A DNA stretch of 64,000 nucleotides from the human T2T-CHM13v2.0 reference genome, Homo sapiens, in assembly GCF_009914755.1 (NCBI RefSeq), contig NC_060945.1, one strand, 5' to 3'. The position numbers and the translations under genes are program-made. Under the pieces are notes generated by a model. That model saw only the letters and a list, made by a program, of their open reading frames with translations. It made no database searches and was not told the DNA's origin. This document shows positions 27,681 to 40,610 of this stretch, in pieces (positions within the stretch are counted from its first letter, which is position 1; every line of letters starts with the position of its first letter).

Positions 27681-30600
27681 GGAAAATAAATCATTGAACC
27701 ACCATTAGTGTTGGTATACAGTGGATTATCTGTGCTTTCTAATAATTTACATATATGAAGATTATCTTACGTTTAGTGCTTAAAAAGAATTTAAAATAGT
27801 GATTCTATTATGTGTAAATGGAGTATACAGTGGGCATATTTCTTTTGTTTACTGGGATATGCTTTGTGCAAGAAAAAATCTAGAAGCAGTAATCTTGGTC
27901 ATTTTGATGTAAAGTAAGAGTAATCCAAATAAAGTCATTTTGCTGAGAGATGAGAGGAAGCTGGTATTTTAAATAAAGGATTTCTTATGCTAATTTCAAG
28001 GTAGAAGTTTTGGTGTGTGCTAATTTTGCTTGAAATATCAAAATGGCTATGTCATATTAGATTAAAAATAGAAAGAATTCTTTCTCCTATGGTTTTTATT
28101 GTTTAAAAAGGATTTTTTAAAATGCAGCTTAAATGAAGAGAGTACTCTCCATTTTTGGTTGGATCCTACATTGCAATACTCATTTAGGCATATTTGCTTT
28201 AAATGACCAGGTACACTAATTAAAAAGAAAACAATTTACCAGGAGCTGTATCAAGTACAGCCCTGCAAACGGTATAAGCTTTTTCCGAGAATCCATATTG
28301 TCCTTGGACTTGGCTGTTGTATTATACTTTAAACGGAATTGATTGTATGGTTGTAATGAAAGTAGCAGATTGATTTTTATCCAGTGTTACAAAGAGTAAA
28401 TAGAAAAATGTTCCTGTCTTGACCTGCATTCGTAACCAATGGGATTTGCTGGCTTTAGACCCAATCTTTAATAAGAGATAACATGCAAATGTAATAAAAC
28501 TGGCTTCGAAGTTTAAGGATCTTTTCAATGCTCATCAAAGATGTTTGTTGAGGCATTTAAATGTGTTGTATTGATTAGATCACAATCACCTAGGAAATGT
28601 TACTTTCTTTAAATGTTATTCATAATTTATTATGTAATTAGCATTCATAGAGTTGTGCCTTTATACACATATTAAGATTATTGAAGTGCGGGTTATGACA
28701 CAATGGTATACCTTTTAATTGTCCTTAAAATTGAATTGTCTTTTATTGTTATTTAAGCAAATGATGATGGTTTAATGACTGATTATTTGTGAGTAAATTT
28801 TTACATTGCAAAATATTAGAGAAAGGTGTAATTGGCTTACTATAGCAGGATATTGTAGCAGTGTTTCTTGAAGGGTCTATTCCTGCTGAATTCAGAGTTA
28901 TTGCATTATTTATTAAAAACTGAAATACTTGTTTCCAATAGTGAACTCAGTCTTTTTTCTCCACCTTTTCTTGGTAATTTAGAAGTTAACCAAATATGCG
29001 TGTTATAGTTACATTTTAGATTCTAATTTTTAGGACTTCATGAGCCTCTATTCCTGTTCATCATTTTGTAAACAGAACTCAAGCCCACAAAACAAGGAAT
29101 TTAAACTATAAAGTGCAGTTGATAAATTTGCTTTGCTATAAATGAAGGGATGCAAAAAAAAAAAAGTAACAATTCATTTGTAAGCAACAGTTTCTTCACA
29201 CATTATGTGACTTTTTTTGGATTTGTTTTATGTTTTGGGTAAAACAGTTTAGTATAATGATGCCTAAATGAGACAAAACAAAATAAATTAAAAAACAAAA
29301 CAAAAACAAAAACTAACACATTTGACTGCCGATGTTTCTCAGTTGTAGCTTCCAAGAGCTCTCTATTCTTCCCAGCCCACTTGATACCCTGCAGGTTGTG
29401 GCAGACAATTCACAGGAAAAGCTTAGACATCGAGCTTGCACGCTTCTTGACTCCATTTTAAACCTTTTGTTCACACCAGGGTGGCATTTTTTCACACCGC
29501 ATGTGGCAGTTTTGACTCCTATCCAACTTGTCTTATAAAATCAAAGTCTGTGATTTTTACATTCACGGGGCTGCTTCCTGAACCGCTACTACTGTTTGTG
29601 TCTTTCCTAGTGATTGGTGCAGAAGTTTATAGCAAAATGTGTTTTAGGGAGAGGGAGGAAGAAGAATGCAATATGAAAAATGTTCTGGGCCTGAAACACA
29701 GGAAATAAATTTTGAATAAAACAGAGGTTGACTCTGAAAAGATCATACCCGAAATAAAATACACTGGCCTCTATTTCTATTATTTTTTGCAGCACTATGC
29801 TGGGTGTTCAGGTAAATTCTTTATGGAAACAATACAATGACATCATTTTCAGGTTGCATGATGTTATTTTTAAAAAGCTGTCATGTAATTGCAAAACAAA
29901 GTCTTATCCTCAGAGCCGTACAGTTATTTTCTTATATAATATTTTATAATATTCAGTGAGTGCAAATGAATTTTACTTTTAGATAAAACCATTTGGTATG
30001 CTCCACTTAACTATGAACAAAACAAAACCTATTATTTTAAAAATCTATACTATAAACCACACATTTAAACAATTTCAATAACAACATCATCATTCGGAAA
30101 CTTTTCTTCTTTCCCCTATGTTTAATTAAAAATATCACTTCAGTCATTTATACTTTCTAAATATAAGTTGTACAGCTATTTCAAATAAATTACATGAAGA
30201 GGATAGTCATAAAATAACAACAGAAGTGAAAAATTTTACCAAATACCAAAGTAGGTAAATTGGCTTTCTTCTGTAATTATTAGGAAGACATAAAACTATA
30301 GATAGGAAATCTCTGCAGACAATCTGACAGTAATCGCTATATAAATCTTTATATTTTTCCTTTGAAATTCTTATTTTGTTAAAATATCATCTTTTAGTTG
30401 TGTTAGCAAAAACATAATGAAAGAATATTCTAAAATATTTGCAAGGCATATGTTTAATTCAGTTATTTTTTTGTGTAGGGAGGACAGAGGAGGATTTCTG
30501 CTTTCATCAACAAATAGAAAATCATAATTATATTATTTTTTATATTTTTGCAAGTTATAGAATAAGCACTCTTATTTTTAAATTACTACTTTTTAAACAT

Positions 30601-33099
30601 TAACAATTCATTCACCAAGAAATCAGTCAATAGAAGTAAATCTTTATGAAGTAATAAGTATTTGTGAACAGTGGTAAACTTCAAGATAAATATTATGACG
30701 TATTTAATTTAGCTTTTAGCTACAAAACCAACTTAATGAAATCATTTCAGCTAATTCAAATTGTATAATTGGTATATCAAAATAACCAAATTATTGTATT
30801 TAAGAAAAAAATAACAAATAGTTGTAGATTATAGTCTTATTCCTCCTTCCAGGGAATACCTAATTAAATTAAGTGCATTTGAATTATTCATTACAATATT
30901 TGAAATATGAAATGGATCCAATAAATTGAGAAAGACTTCAATTTAGAATTTAGATTTTTTTTTTAAACTTTCTGGACAAGAACATAGGGAAATAGCATTT
31001 TGTTGTAAGTCTTGTAACAGTAGGCATACTAGCAGACAGAACAACTGTACACTTTCCCTTTCACAGATAGAAAACTATTTCAACTACAATTTCTATAAAG
31101 TATTAGGGAAGAAAATACAAACAATTTTCAAGAATAACTAAATCCAAATGGTTAATGTAAGTAAAAATCTATTTAAAACAAATGAATTGCAATAAATGTT
31201 ATAGTCTGGGATTTCTTTTTATTATGCACAGATATTTATCAAGTACAAGTTTTTGCCCCTCTTTTAGTTAATTTAAAAATTTGACCTCATAAGAAATAGA
31301 AAGGAAAATATTTTTTGTATTTGCATATACAAATTTTATAAAGATCAAATAAAATCCTTGTCATTAAAAGCAAAACAAACAATTGAAAGCAAGTGAAATA
31401 TTCAAATAAACATATACGTATTTAACCCAAGTTTAATATTAAGCCCTCTTATAAAACTAAACGGCATCTAGAGATCTCACAAAGCATTTGAAACTAAAAA
31501 TATGAAAAACAAAGAAAATCATCTAAAGAAAGGTAAGTTTATGAAATAAAATTTACCTACTTTTGCAGCTGTTGTATTTGTTGAAAAAAAGTATGACTTT
31601 ATTTCATGTGCATGCCAAAGAATGTAGAAATACTGTATATTTAGTTCATCATTTCTCATTATCTAGTATAGAAAACCCACAACTTTTATTACTTTAAATT
31701 TCTTATTTTCTACCCTCCCCGCCTATGCCCTCGATGTCTTCAGAGTCTCTTCTGGCCAGCATATCTTCTGCTTGAGGTGGATCAAAATAAAGCCCCCAAA
31801 CAGACACACACAAAATAACCACCATCCAGCTGAGGAGAAATAGTTTTTCTGCCTTTGCCCTATCCTTATGTGTTAATAAAATCAGCTCATACATTCTGCC
31901 ACAAAATTCAGCTTGGAAGTAATCCTCTGCTACTTAGAGCTGGATGAAAAGAGTACTCATTGTGAATTATGTTTCATCTGTCACAATAACCTTCTTTATT
32001 CTGTCAGGGACCTCCCCTTTGCCTGTGGCAATTAGAGAAAATAGGTATGCGTTGAAGTATGAAATAGTGGGTTCTTAAAATGAAACAAAACAAAACAGAA
32101 ACTGATGACACATACAGACAGTACTTGCTAAGCAATATACTGCAGATTAGTAGAGGAGGCATTTTAAAGTCATTCTGATTTTACAAGAACACAGTAAAAG
32201 AATGCTTTTTAGAATGAGCAGGTGTTATAGTTGCTATTAGTTATTGTCAACATTAGTTATTGATGACAAGCTGTGAATTGTAATTGTACTAAAAATGAAA
32301 TGTGAAAATCTTTTTATATTGTGTACTTTCTAATTAAATCATGCCATAAGATATATATCATAAATATATAGTATTTATTTAACATATGAAATCGCCATGA
32401 TTTTATATGCCTTTCACAGATCATAATGAATTTATGTGCTTTTGAGTCTATTTTAATGCTCCAGAATAACATTTTTGCAAATTTTTTAATGGGCAAAAAC
32501 AAAGAAAAACTTTCCCTTGAAACAGAGCTTATCAGACAATTTTGTTTAATTTAAAATCAATGTGATTATTTGATTTACTTACTCTTACAAATCACTGAAA
32601 TTACCTGGAGGCAGTTCAAGTTCACCTTTCTGGAATAAACCTGTTAAATGATAGACACCATCTCATTATCTCCTTGAAAGAACACCTCAACTTTTTGGCT
32701 TCATAGGTTACAGTCAAAGTTATACTATCTCTAGTTACAAATGAATTAATCTAGAAGATCTTAAAAAGCTTAAAAGGAAAACAAACATAGTTGACAGAAA
32801 AGAAAATGCTCCTTCTAATACCAAAAGAAAGTCACTGCTGACGAAGTAACTGAAACGGTCATCGTAACAGTTGGATAAAGACATATAAATAATTTAAGCT
32901 AACACGAAATTCATAAAGTCTGAAGAAAAAATTCTTGAGGCTAAAAGGAAAACCTTTTGGCCCACTGCACAGGTTGGGCACAAAAGTGCTTGCTAAGCTA
33001 TCTATTTCACACATGCAACGACAGAAGGTTCGATATTCATTCGATCGATGAGTGAAAAGGCACAATGGCAAAATCAGACAGACTTCTTTTCAAATACAG

Positions 33100-33317
33100 A
33101 TCTCCAATGTCCCCCTCCAGTCTGCAGATGCACGGCTGGTGGTGTGGCTCAGACGGAGCAAGGGTTACATCAAGGCTATTCTCTGGACCGTGCAAACAGT
33201 CTAGACCAATGACCTGCAGCATCATGTCCTTTGAAGAAGAGGCAAGTTCGGTCATGATGAAGAAAAATCAAGGCGTACCCCTTTTAACAATAGGGAGCAG
33301 CTCGAGGCTGCAAAGAG
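33100..33317 (+). other. candidate 218-nt exon (probably non-coding) in a CpG-retaining block
   Basis: TTCTTTTCAAATACAG| acceptor and GAG|GTAAGC donor; higher GC and CpG content than the flanks; product not recognised. Confidence 0.35.
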
Positions 33318-33511
33318 GTAAGCAGGGTGAGAAGAAAACGGCATCTGCTTCCATGGTTACAGGCCAACTATGAGAACCTTGCTTTTCAAAGGAGTCTGTT
33401 CTCAGGCTCCCTCACAGGGTATGTCATGCATTATAAGCAAAGGCAGGTTGAGCTGAAATCCGCATAGTTATTTCAGAGTAAAATGATACGGAGCACATGG
33501 CTGGCAGAAAA

Positions 33512-33529
33512 AACAGTCACATGACTGTT
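33512..33529. promoter_or_regulatory. palindromic CLEAR/M-box-like E-box
   Basis: AACAGTCA-CA-TGACTGTT, centred on GTCACATGAC. Confidence 0.35.
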
Positions 33530-33663
33530 AAGAACCAGACTTGGGCTATTTCAGAAAAGATTTTTTTTTTTTCTTATATCAGTTAAAGAAAGACAGTAAA
33601 TTTGTATAAAACAAACAACCATGATAAACATGATTTTCATTTCTCAGGCTTTTATGTGAGCAG

Positions 33664-33676
33664 AGGTCAAGGGTCA
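33664..33676 (+). promoter_or_regulatory. nuclear receptor DR1 element
   Basis: AGGTCA-A-GGGTCA, an exact RGGTCA-N-RGGTCA match. Confidence 0.4.
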
Positions 33677-35932
33677 AGACACCCCTCCACTCCAATGGCA
33701 GGACCATACAGCTTATTGTTAATATAGCTTTATTATGGATATCATTTTAAAATATTTTCCTCTTTTGGGCGGACCATAACATAGAATTTGTGTTCTTGTG
33801 AAATTTCTCTCTCTGACCTGATTCTCTTTGATGTGCTCCCCAGGATTTTCTGTGTTTTAGATCTCATGTTCATTTCCGTTGTTAGATCTCATGCGGAGAG
33901 GTAGAAGGTTTGGTGAGAAACTTCCTTGTTGTGTGGTTACTCCTCTAAGATAGCGCGAGCTTGCCTCTGCCTCGTGAAATCTGCTTATGGATAATTCAAA
34001 TCTGCAGCAAAATCATTCGCCTCTGACAATCGTCCTGTTTCTAATTCATGCCTTTGTAGTTTATTCGATGTGTAATACATCAATGAGTCTATAGATTCTA
34101 ATATCAATGTTTTTTTCTTTTCTGCAAGATAAAGTTGAATTTCATAATATGATACACTAGCAGCTAATGTTATCTGAATAAAAATTTGACAAGCATGAAA
34201 TGTAACATATTCTGTATTATTAAGGAAAGACCATAGTATATAGTAACCACACAAAATGCACACATATATAAAATTAACATGGATAAGACATTCCTCTGAC
34301 AATGTACCACAACTCAATATTAGAAGAATTAATATTGGGTTATGTTCTAACTATGCACAATTAACTACAGATGTTCCATGCAGTGTATCCTTTGAGCAAT
34401 TTTTGTTTGCAAGTATATTGTTAAAATTAGGGAGTGAAAAAGGAAAGAATCTTTCAAAGGACAAGGCATGAAAACAACTTTCATTAAATTTATTTTTCAG
34501 AATTTATGTATTTTAATATAAATGGGTACCATATAGTTTTGTGTGTAGATATTCATTTCAAATACTGACCTTGTAGGAAAATATCCTTATAGCTTCGCAA
34601 AAGCAATGAAGTGTTGGTGATCATGGTAGAAACAATTTTACGCTTTCAATTAAGAAACCAGAGAAATATTTGCTGGTATGTTTCTCATATAGATGCCTTG
34701 ATTTGAGTTGGGTTCATGGGCAAACATATGCTTATTGTTTGGTTTCTTTGAATGTGTTGAGGTACATTAGTTTCTATTCTTGCATGGTGAGAATAACTTA
34801 AGGTCTAAAAAAAGTGAGCTATTGGAATGTCACTATTATAGTATAATAATCTATACACTAGTATAAGCACTGAATGTATTATCTTAAAGTAGCCATGTTC
34901 TATTTGCTTTAAATAATTTACATACTACCAAAACAATTCAACATCAGAGTTTCTTTGATGTAACAACGGATCACACTTTCTCCCAAAGGTCAAGTGGCAA
35001 ATATTTCTCCAATGAAAAATCTACCTGTCAGTTCTCCAAAGGAAAACAAAACAAAACAAAAACAAATACACGAAGGTTTATACATTGCATGATAATTTGT
35101 GAGTTGTGATTAAACGGAATTGTGTCTATTACCTGAAATCTGTTGCAAAATAGATAGTTGGATTCTTGTTATTTTTTCAGTTAGCATTTAGCCTACTCCT
35201 GCTTTTTTGTTTTTCAAAAACATGTTCAGTGTTAGGAATATTTACATGTGACCATAAATTAGATGAACTTGCTAAGTGTGGACATGTTTAAACACTTAGA
35301 AACATTCTAATAGAGTCAAATTGGTGGTTCATAAAATGCTATTATTTAAACATTTAACAACCAGGTAAAAATATTTAATATTGAGTATTTAGTGGGAAAT
35401 GACAGCTTCTTGCCTTTAAAAAATTCTCTATATCTGAGTTATCAAATAGCTGTGTATTATGTACATCCTGCATATAGTTTGCAAAACCTCCACTCCTAAC
35501 ATGTGTTAGATTTAAATATTCCTTTAAATTACATTTTAGATTAATTATTGAGTTTTGCCCTCCTCACTTCAAAATTTGTTTAAAAAAGGAAAACTAAACT
35601 TGGCCTTGCCTAATGGAGCATTTATCCTTAAACGTGAAAAAAGAGTCTGAAATGTTTCAGTGACTTAGTGTCCCGATAGTGCTCTGAATATAGTATATGC
35701 TCAATAAATACCTCTCTAATAAATGAATACAACTATGGTTGCACCAATGAAACAATTTTCAGAATAATCCAGTCTCATGAAAATCAGGAAATAGTCCCTT
35801 CTATTTATTCATATATCGTTTCTAACCTTTTTCGTATGACCGTTCTATATGCATGAATCCTTCTTGTCAGTAATTTGCTATTAGTAAATGACTACTTTGT
35901 GTCCAGTATGACTAGAAGTGTGTGCCTACAGC

Positions 35933-36190
35933 CACATTTCCCAAACAAGGTCCTGTGAAGCATTATTATTCTGAAACATGTTGGAAGGTATTCTGAGGGA
36001 AAAAAATCAAAGAGTCAAATAAATGTGAGAAAGATGCTATGTTAAACAATGGAAATTAGGTTTCTTATGTACAATAGATTTTAGGACATTTAAAAGACTA
36101 ATGTATATAGTGCATACCTAAGAAGGGTGTATAGTTGACATCATTTCACAGAACTATTTAATCAACTTTTTTCAGAAAATACTTAGTAAT
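35933..36190. mobile_element. hAT-Charlie DNA transposon relic
   Basis: CATTTCCCAAAC...GTCAAATAAATGTGAGAAAGATGC...GTTAAACAA...AGGTTTCTT resembles Charlie-family MITEs. Confidence 0.55.
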
Positions 36191-36207
36191 GTAATATGAC
36201 CTAATTT

Positions 36208-36422
36208 CACAGATGTGCTCAAGCTGGCTTAAGCCAGATTGAATAAACCAATTTTAACTATCTCTTCTTATATTCCATTTTCAGTGACATCATTTTCTTA
36301 GCTTGAAATCAGTTGTGGCAGGAGTATTTGCACCATGGAAATCAGCAAATGCTATAAATCAGGGCTTTTTTTCTTTTTCCTTTTTTGAGACTGGTTGTTG
36401 AGCATTTACCAGCACAGCATTG
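36208..36422. mobile_element. MER63A-like hAT MITE
   Basis: TTCAGTGACATCA...AGCTTGAAATC...GGAGTATTTGCACCATGGAAATCAGCAAATGCTATAAATCAGGGC...CATTTACCAGCAC; 8-bp TSD CCT(A/C)ATTT at 36200-36207 and 36423-36430. Confidence 0.8.
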
Positions 36423-37537
36423 CCTCATTTTGTCTCTGAATCCATTTTTGTAGGTAAGCTGTGCACTAAAAGGTCAGTAAGTTCAGAGGCTTTCTATTCA
36501 TCAGACTGTCTAAAATACAAAACAATTTAAAGCAAATTGTGAACATTAGACATAAAAGAAAGGGATAGCATTAAAAAATATTGGACACTCAATTTTTCTT
36601 TTAAGATTTAGCGGTTATATCAGGATTTCAAAGAGTTTATGTTTCTGATTTCTTTAAATTACCTGGATAAACATCTATGTTTATTCATTTATCCCTTTTC
36701 TATCAAAACATTTACATACACTGGTATGTAATTGTCTAATCATATTTAAGTGAGTTCTCAACATGAAAGCTCTGAAAATCTCCAGACATCCTTTAAAAGT
36801 GTCTCTAACTCAGACCCACTTCATACGAACTTTGAGTTCGTATAATGCTGAGATGAAGCATCTTTAATCAGGATATACACTTTATTGCATATCATGTAAT
36901 TTACGGCATTTTATCAGACATGTTTACCTGCCTGACATCTTGGGTGAGATTTTTAGGAGAAAAACAAAAATGGAAAATCTATGAATAGAGAATTTGAAAA
37001 ACACATTTTAAGTGATAAATCAATTAATTCCCAACTAATCTTTTACCTACTAAATTTCTGTGAATAGGTTAACAAGTAAAATCTGTAAATATAGGTAGCG
37101 TATAAGTATAGATATTGGCTAAATAAAAGATGTAAAATCATGAATGGATTCTTCCTTGGCCTTATTGCTTGAAGCCATGAGTTCTATGGTGACATGTTTT
37201 GAAGGGCCTCTGGAATCTACTTTGTGACAGTATATGAGATGATTTATATGAGGGTTCTAATTTACCTTCCCAAACCCAGGAACCCAAAGCACTAGGCACT
37301 TCAGTTTACAGAGCCCTCAAATTAATTAATCCGAGTGTCTATTTTGAGCCAAGTTTTGTGTTATTTATCAGAAACTAAAACATGACTAATACATGGTTTC
37401 TGTCGTTGTGGAGCCCACAGTCAAATGTGAGAAGAAAGCAGCTGAAATGTGTTATCACAAGAGAAAATTTTCTGAATATAACAGAATATATATATATTTG
37501 ATCTAAAGTGATATATCTATCAAATTTAAAGTGATAA

Positions 37538-37542
<5 letters not shown>

Positions 37543-37604
<62 letters not shown>
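37543..37604 (+). repeat. compound microsatellite (TG)13(TA)18
   Basis: direct read. Confidence 0.97.
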
Positions 37605-37608
<4 letters not shown>

Positions 37609-39249
37609 ACTCCCAGAATTCTTCTGGTTTAATCCCAGAATCTCATATACTTTTTGGATTCTACTCTCATCACATAATAGGTATTGGTACATCACAGAGA
37701 GCTCCATATTCACAAAACATTAATGAATAGTACAACCAAGATGGCAATGATATGATCCTTAATATAGTCTTGAGTGAGGAGTAAGTACAGGTTGCGTTAC
37801 AGAATCTTGCTGTCCATCCTGTTTGTAAACATAGGGAAGAATTTCACATAACGTCAAGATTCTCAAAGGATACTTCACTATTAAAGATAAATACAAGCAA
37901 TTCTAAACCCAGTGAAAATTCTCACAGACATTCAGCTTAGATAATACTGTATGCCTGTGTGTTTATGTATGAAATACATATTTGAATACTCATTGGATAA
38001 GATGTTCTTTGTATTTGGAAAAAAATCTTTTGGACATACTAACATTATACTTCTGAAAACTCTGAAGCCAATATAAAGTTGTAAAAGGCTTTACTTTTCA
38101 TTATATCAACCACGCTGGAAATTCATACACAATTTTATCACTGGAAAATTTTCTTCTCTGTGCCATAAAACCTGGAACTCTTCTTTCAAACAGCACCTCC
38201 CAAATTTGAAAACGTATTACTGTAAAATATTTATATATGAAAGGTTTTTAAATGAATTATTGAATGTCAGATATTTAATAAAAATACTTTTGCTATTTGA
38301 TAGATAAATTTATAAGCACTATTATCTTTCAATTTTAGATAAAATAATTTTATATATTTTTAAAGAACATATCTCACATATCTCTGCTCTTGATAACAAA
38401 TAGTGTTTTTTTTTTAAGAATTTCTATCTAGAAAATTTAATTCATTTTTCTGGGCCTAGTTCAACTATTCTCTCTTTTGTATGTCTCTTCTCACTGGACT
38501 ATCTTCTCTTTCTATCTTTCCCCCTTATATATACTCATCTGCTCTTCACTTCTGTTCCGCTTATATTTTTGCTAAGGTAGGAACAAATAATGGTAATAAA
38601 TAGGTGGCAAAGGGAAAATTTTAAAATATATACAGAAGATCTTTACATTGGAATGCTGTAGTAATTGAGTCTAAAACTCAGCTCTGAACTTTGAACCACT
38701 TTTTTAAAAATGCTGTGTTTGAACCTTAAAAAATGTAAAATAAAAACAATCTCCCTCCCTTCTGAAAGGGGAAATGACCTTCTTACTCCTGTCCATTCTT
38801 TTATCTGAGCAATGAGGGGTGAATGTGTTTATAAAAAGCCATGTTTAGGCTCTATATTGCCCTGCTTTCCAAAAATTATTGTTTGTTTTTACTAACATAA
38901 GATCACCCAAAGCAATTTCCTTTAATTAGCATGTCATAACCTTCCTATTTTTGTTGAGTATCAAATCCATTTGACTTAGCCATGGTGTGTCTCTGTGTAT
39001 GTGCAGACCCCCTAATGTTAACATGTGTTAAAGTAAGCATCGCTCAATACTTTGTTTTTACAGATGGATGTCAACTATTGTGCTTGCTACATTACTTTGT
39101 GGCCTCTTTTGTATTCTTTTTTTCTCAAATGATTGACTCCATCTTCATTTACTTCCACCAGGCTGTTCAATTTTGCTTCCATTAAAAAGAGGCTCAATCC
39201 TTTAAATTTCTTTTTTTCTTTGAGGGCCACATCCATGGACCTAAAATAT

Positions 39250-39930
39250 GTTTTTTTAAATTCATATTCATTATCATATATTTTATATAAATCATATTAT
39301 CAGTTAATAATATATATTGAGTATTCTTTATAGGATATTATTTATTGCTTTGTTAATTATACTTATTTAATATAGAAATAGTTATATTAATACTCAGTAT
39401 TAAGTAAGAATAATTCTATGTGATAGTGTTACTACTTTATATATATATATACACATATATCAATATGTATGGTGTGATGGTTCTTCTATTGCTATATACT
39501 ATACATACTGCTATACATATGTATACATGATGAAATATACAGTTTTCTATATATACTGTCAAATATTGTCAAATATATTTAGTCAAATACATATAGTTTG
39601 ACTATATATAGTTATATTCATATATAGGATATATGAATATATAAATATAGAATATATTTATTCATATATATCCTATATATAAGAATATATATAACTATAT
39701 GTAAGCCAAATATATATAAAAGTAACAAATATATTTTACTATATATTTGAATATATAAATGTATTTGAATATATATGTATTTGAATATATAAATTTATGC
39801 AAAATAAAAACATAAATAAAATATATATAGTCAAATATGTATATATATAAGAATAACATTTCTATGTGATGGATCTTCTATTGCTGTCTGTCTATCTAGT
39901 CAAATATATATCATCATGATATATATATTT
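39250..39930. repeat. AT-rich low-complexity tract with internal direct and inverted repeats
   Basis: TA-rich; recurring TAGTCAAAT, ATTTGAATATATA and TGTGATGG-TCTTCTATTGCT motifs. Confidence 0.85.
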
Positions 39931-40010
39931 GAAGGCAGATAGGTTCTCTAGTTTTATACCAGTTAAGCAGTTAACTTTAGTAACTCTAAGTGAGAGTAAC
40001 TCTTCAAGTG

Positions 40011-40288
40011 AAACTTTGAAAGAGTAACAGCTCACAGGAGTGTAAGTGTTTCTCCTTGAATTTTACAGTGCTCCTCCCTCTTCTTTGGGATAAAGGATTG
40101 GAGAGGGTGATTCTTTCTGCCTCTTTTCGTCCTCCTTTAAATGAATTATTATCTTTTTACTCCAGCATTCCAGGACTCAGGGTGTACTTTTTAACAACAC
40201 ACCTAAAAGTTGTTTTGTTTTACCAATTCTTTTTTAAAAACCCCAAATCATCCAGAAAGCAGTTGCTCCTCTTTCATCCTGTAATGAA
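40011..40288 (+). repeat. 278-bp local duplication, copy 1
   Basis: ungapped match to 41886-42163, about 27 substitutions by manual count (about 90% identity). Confidence 0.95.
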
Positions 40289-40410
40289 CCTGCAGAGTAA
40301 CCTGGGGATATTGTTAATACTCAATTAAGATTCAGGCATCTGGGGTGGAGTCTGAGAATCTGCATTTCCAATAAGACCCCAGGAGGTGATGATGATGCTG
40401 GCCTATTGGT
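40289..40410. mobile_element. MER5A hAT-Charlie fragment
   Basis: ACCTGGGGATATTGTTAA...TCTGGGGTGGAGTCTGAGAATCTGCATTTC...CCCAGG. Confidence 0.7.
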
Positions 40411-40424
40411 TGAGGTTAGAATGT

Positions 40425-40610
40425 GAGAGTTAGAAGACTTTGCTTCAAGTTTTCGCTTTGTCCCAATTCTGATCTTAACCTAGAGACTTAACCTCCCTGA
40501 TCCTGTTCCTTATCTATAAAATGGGTGGAATCATGTTTCTTCTGCCTGCCTACCCATAGAATTGTTCTGTACTTCAAATTAAATTAAGGAGGAAAGCACT
40601 TTATAACAAA
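40425..40610 (+). mobile_element. MIR SINE
   Basis: ACTTAACCTCCCTGATCCTGTTCCTTATCTATAAAATGGG core. Confidence 0.65.

Noticed and set aside
36823-36847. 9-bp stem hairpin with TTCGTATAATG, similar to a loxP half-site
   Set aside because: The second loxP arm is absent and a short palindrome is compatible with chance.
39250-39930. CRISPR-like or regular repeat-spacer array
   Set aside because: The recurring motifs are irregularly spaced AT-rich slippage products in eukaryotic DNA, with no constant repeat or spacer length.
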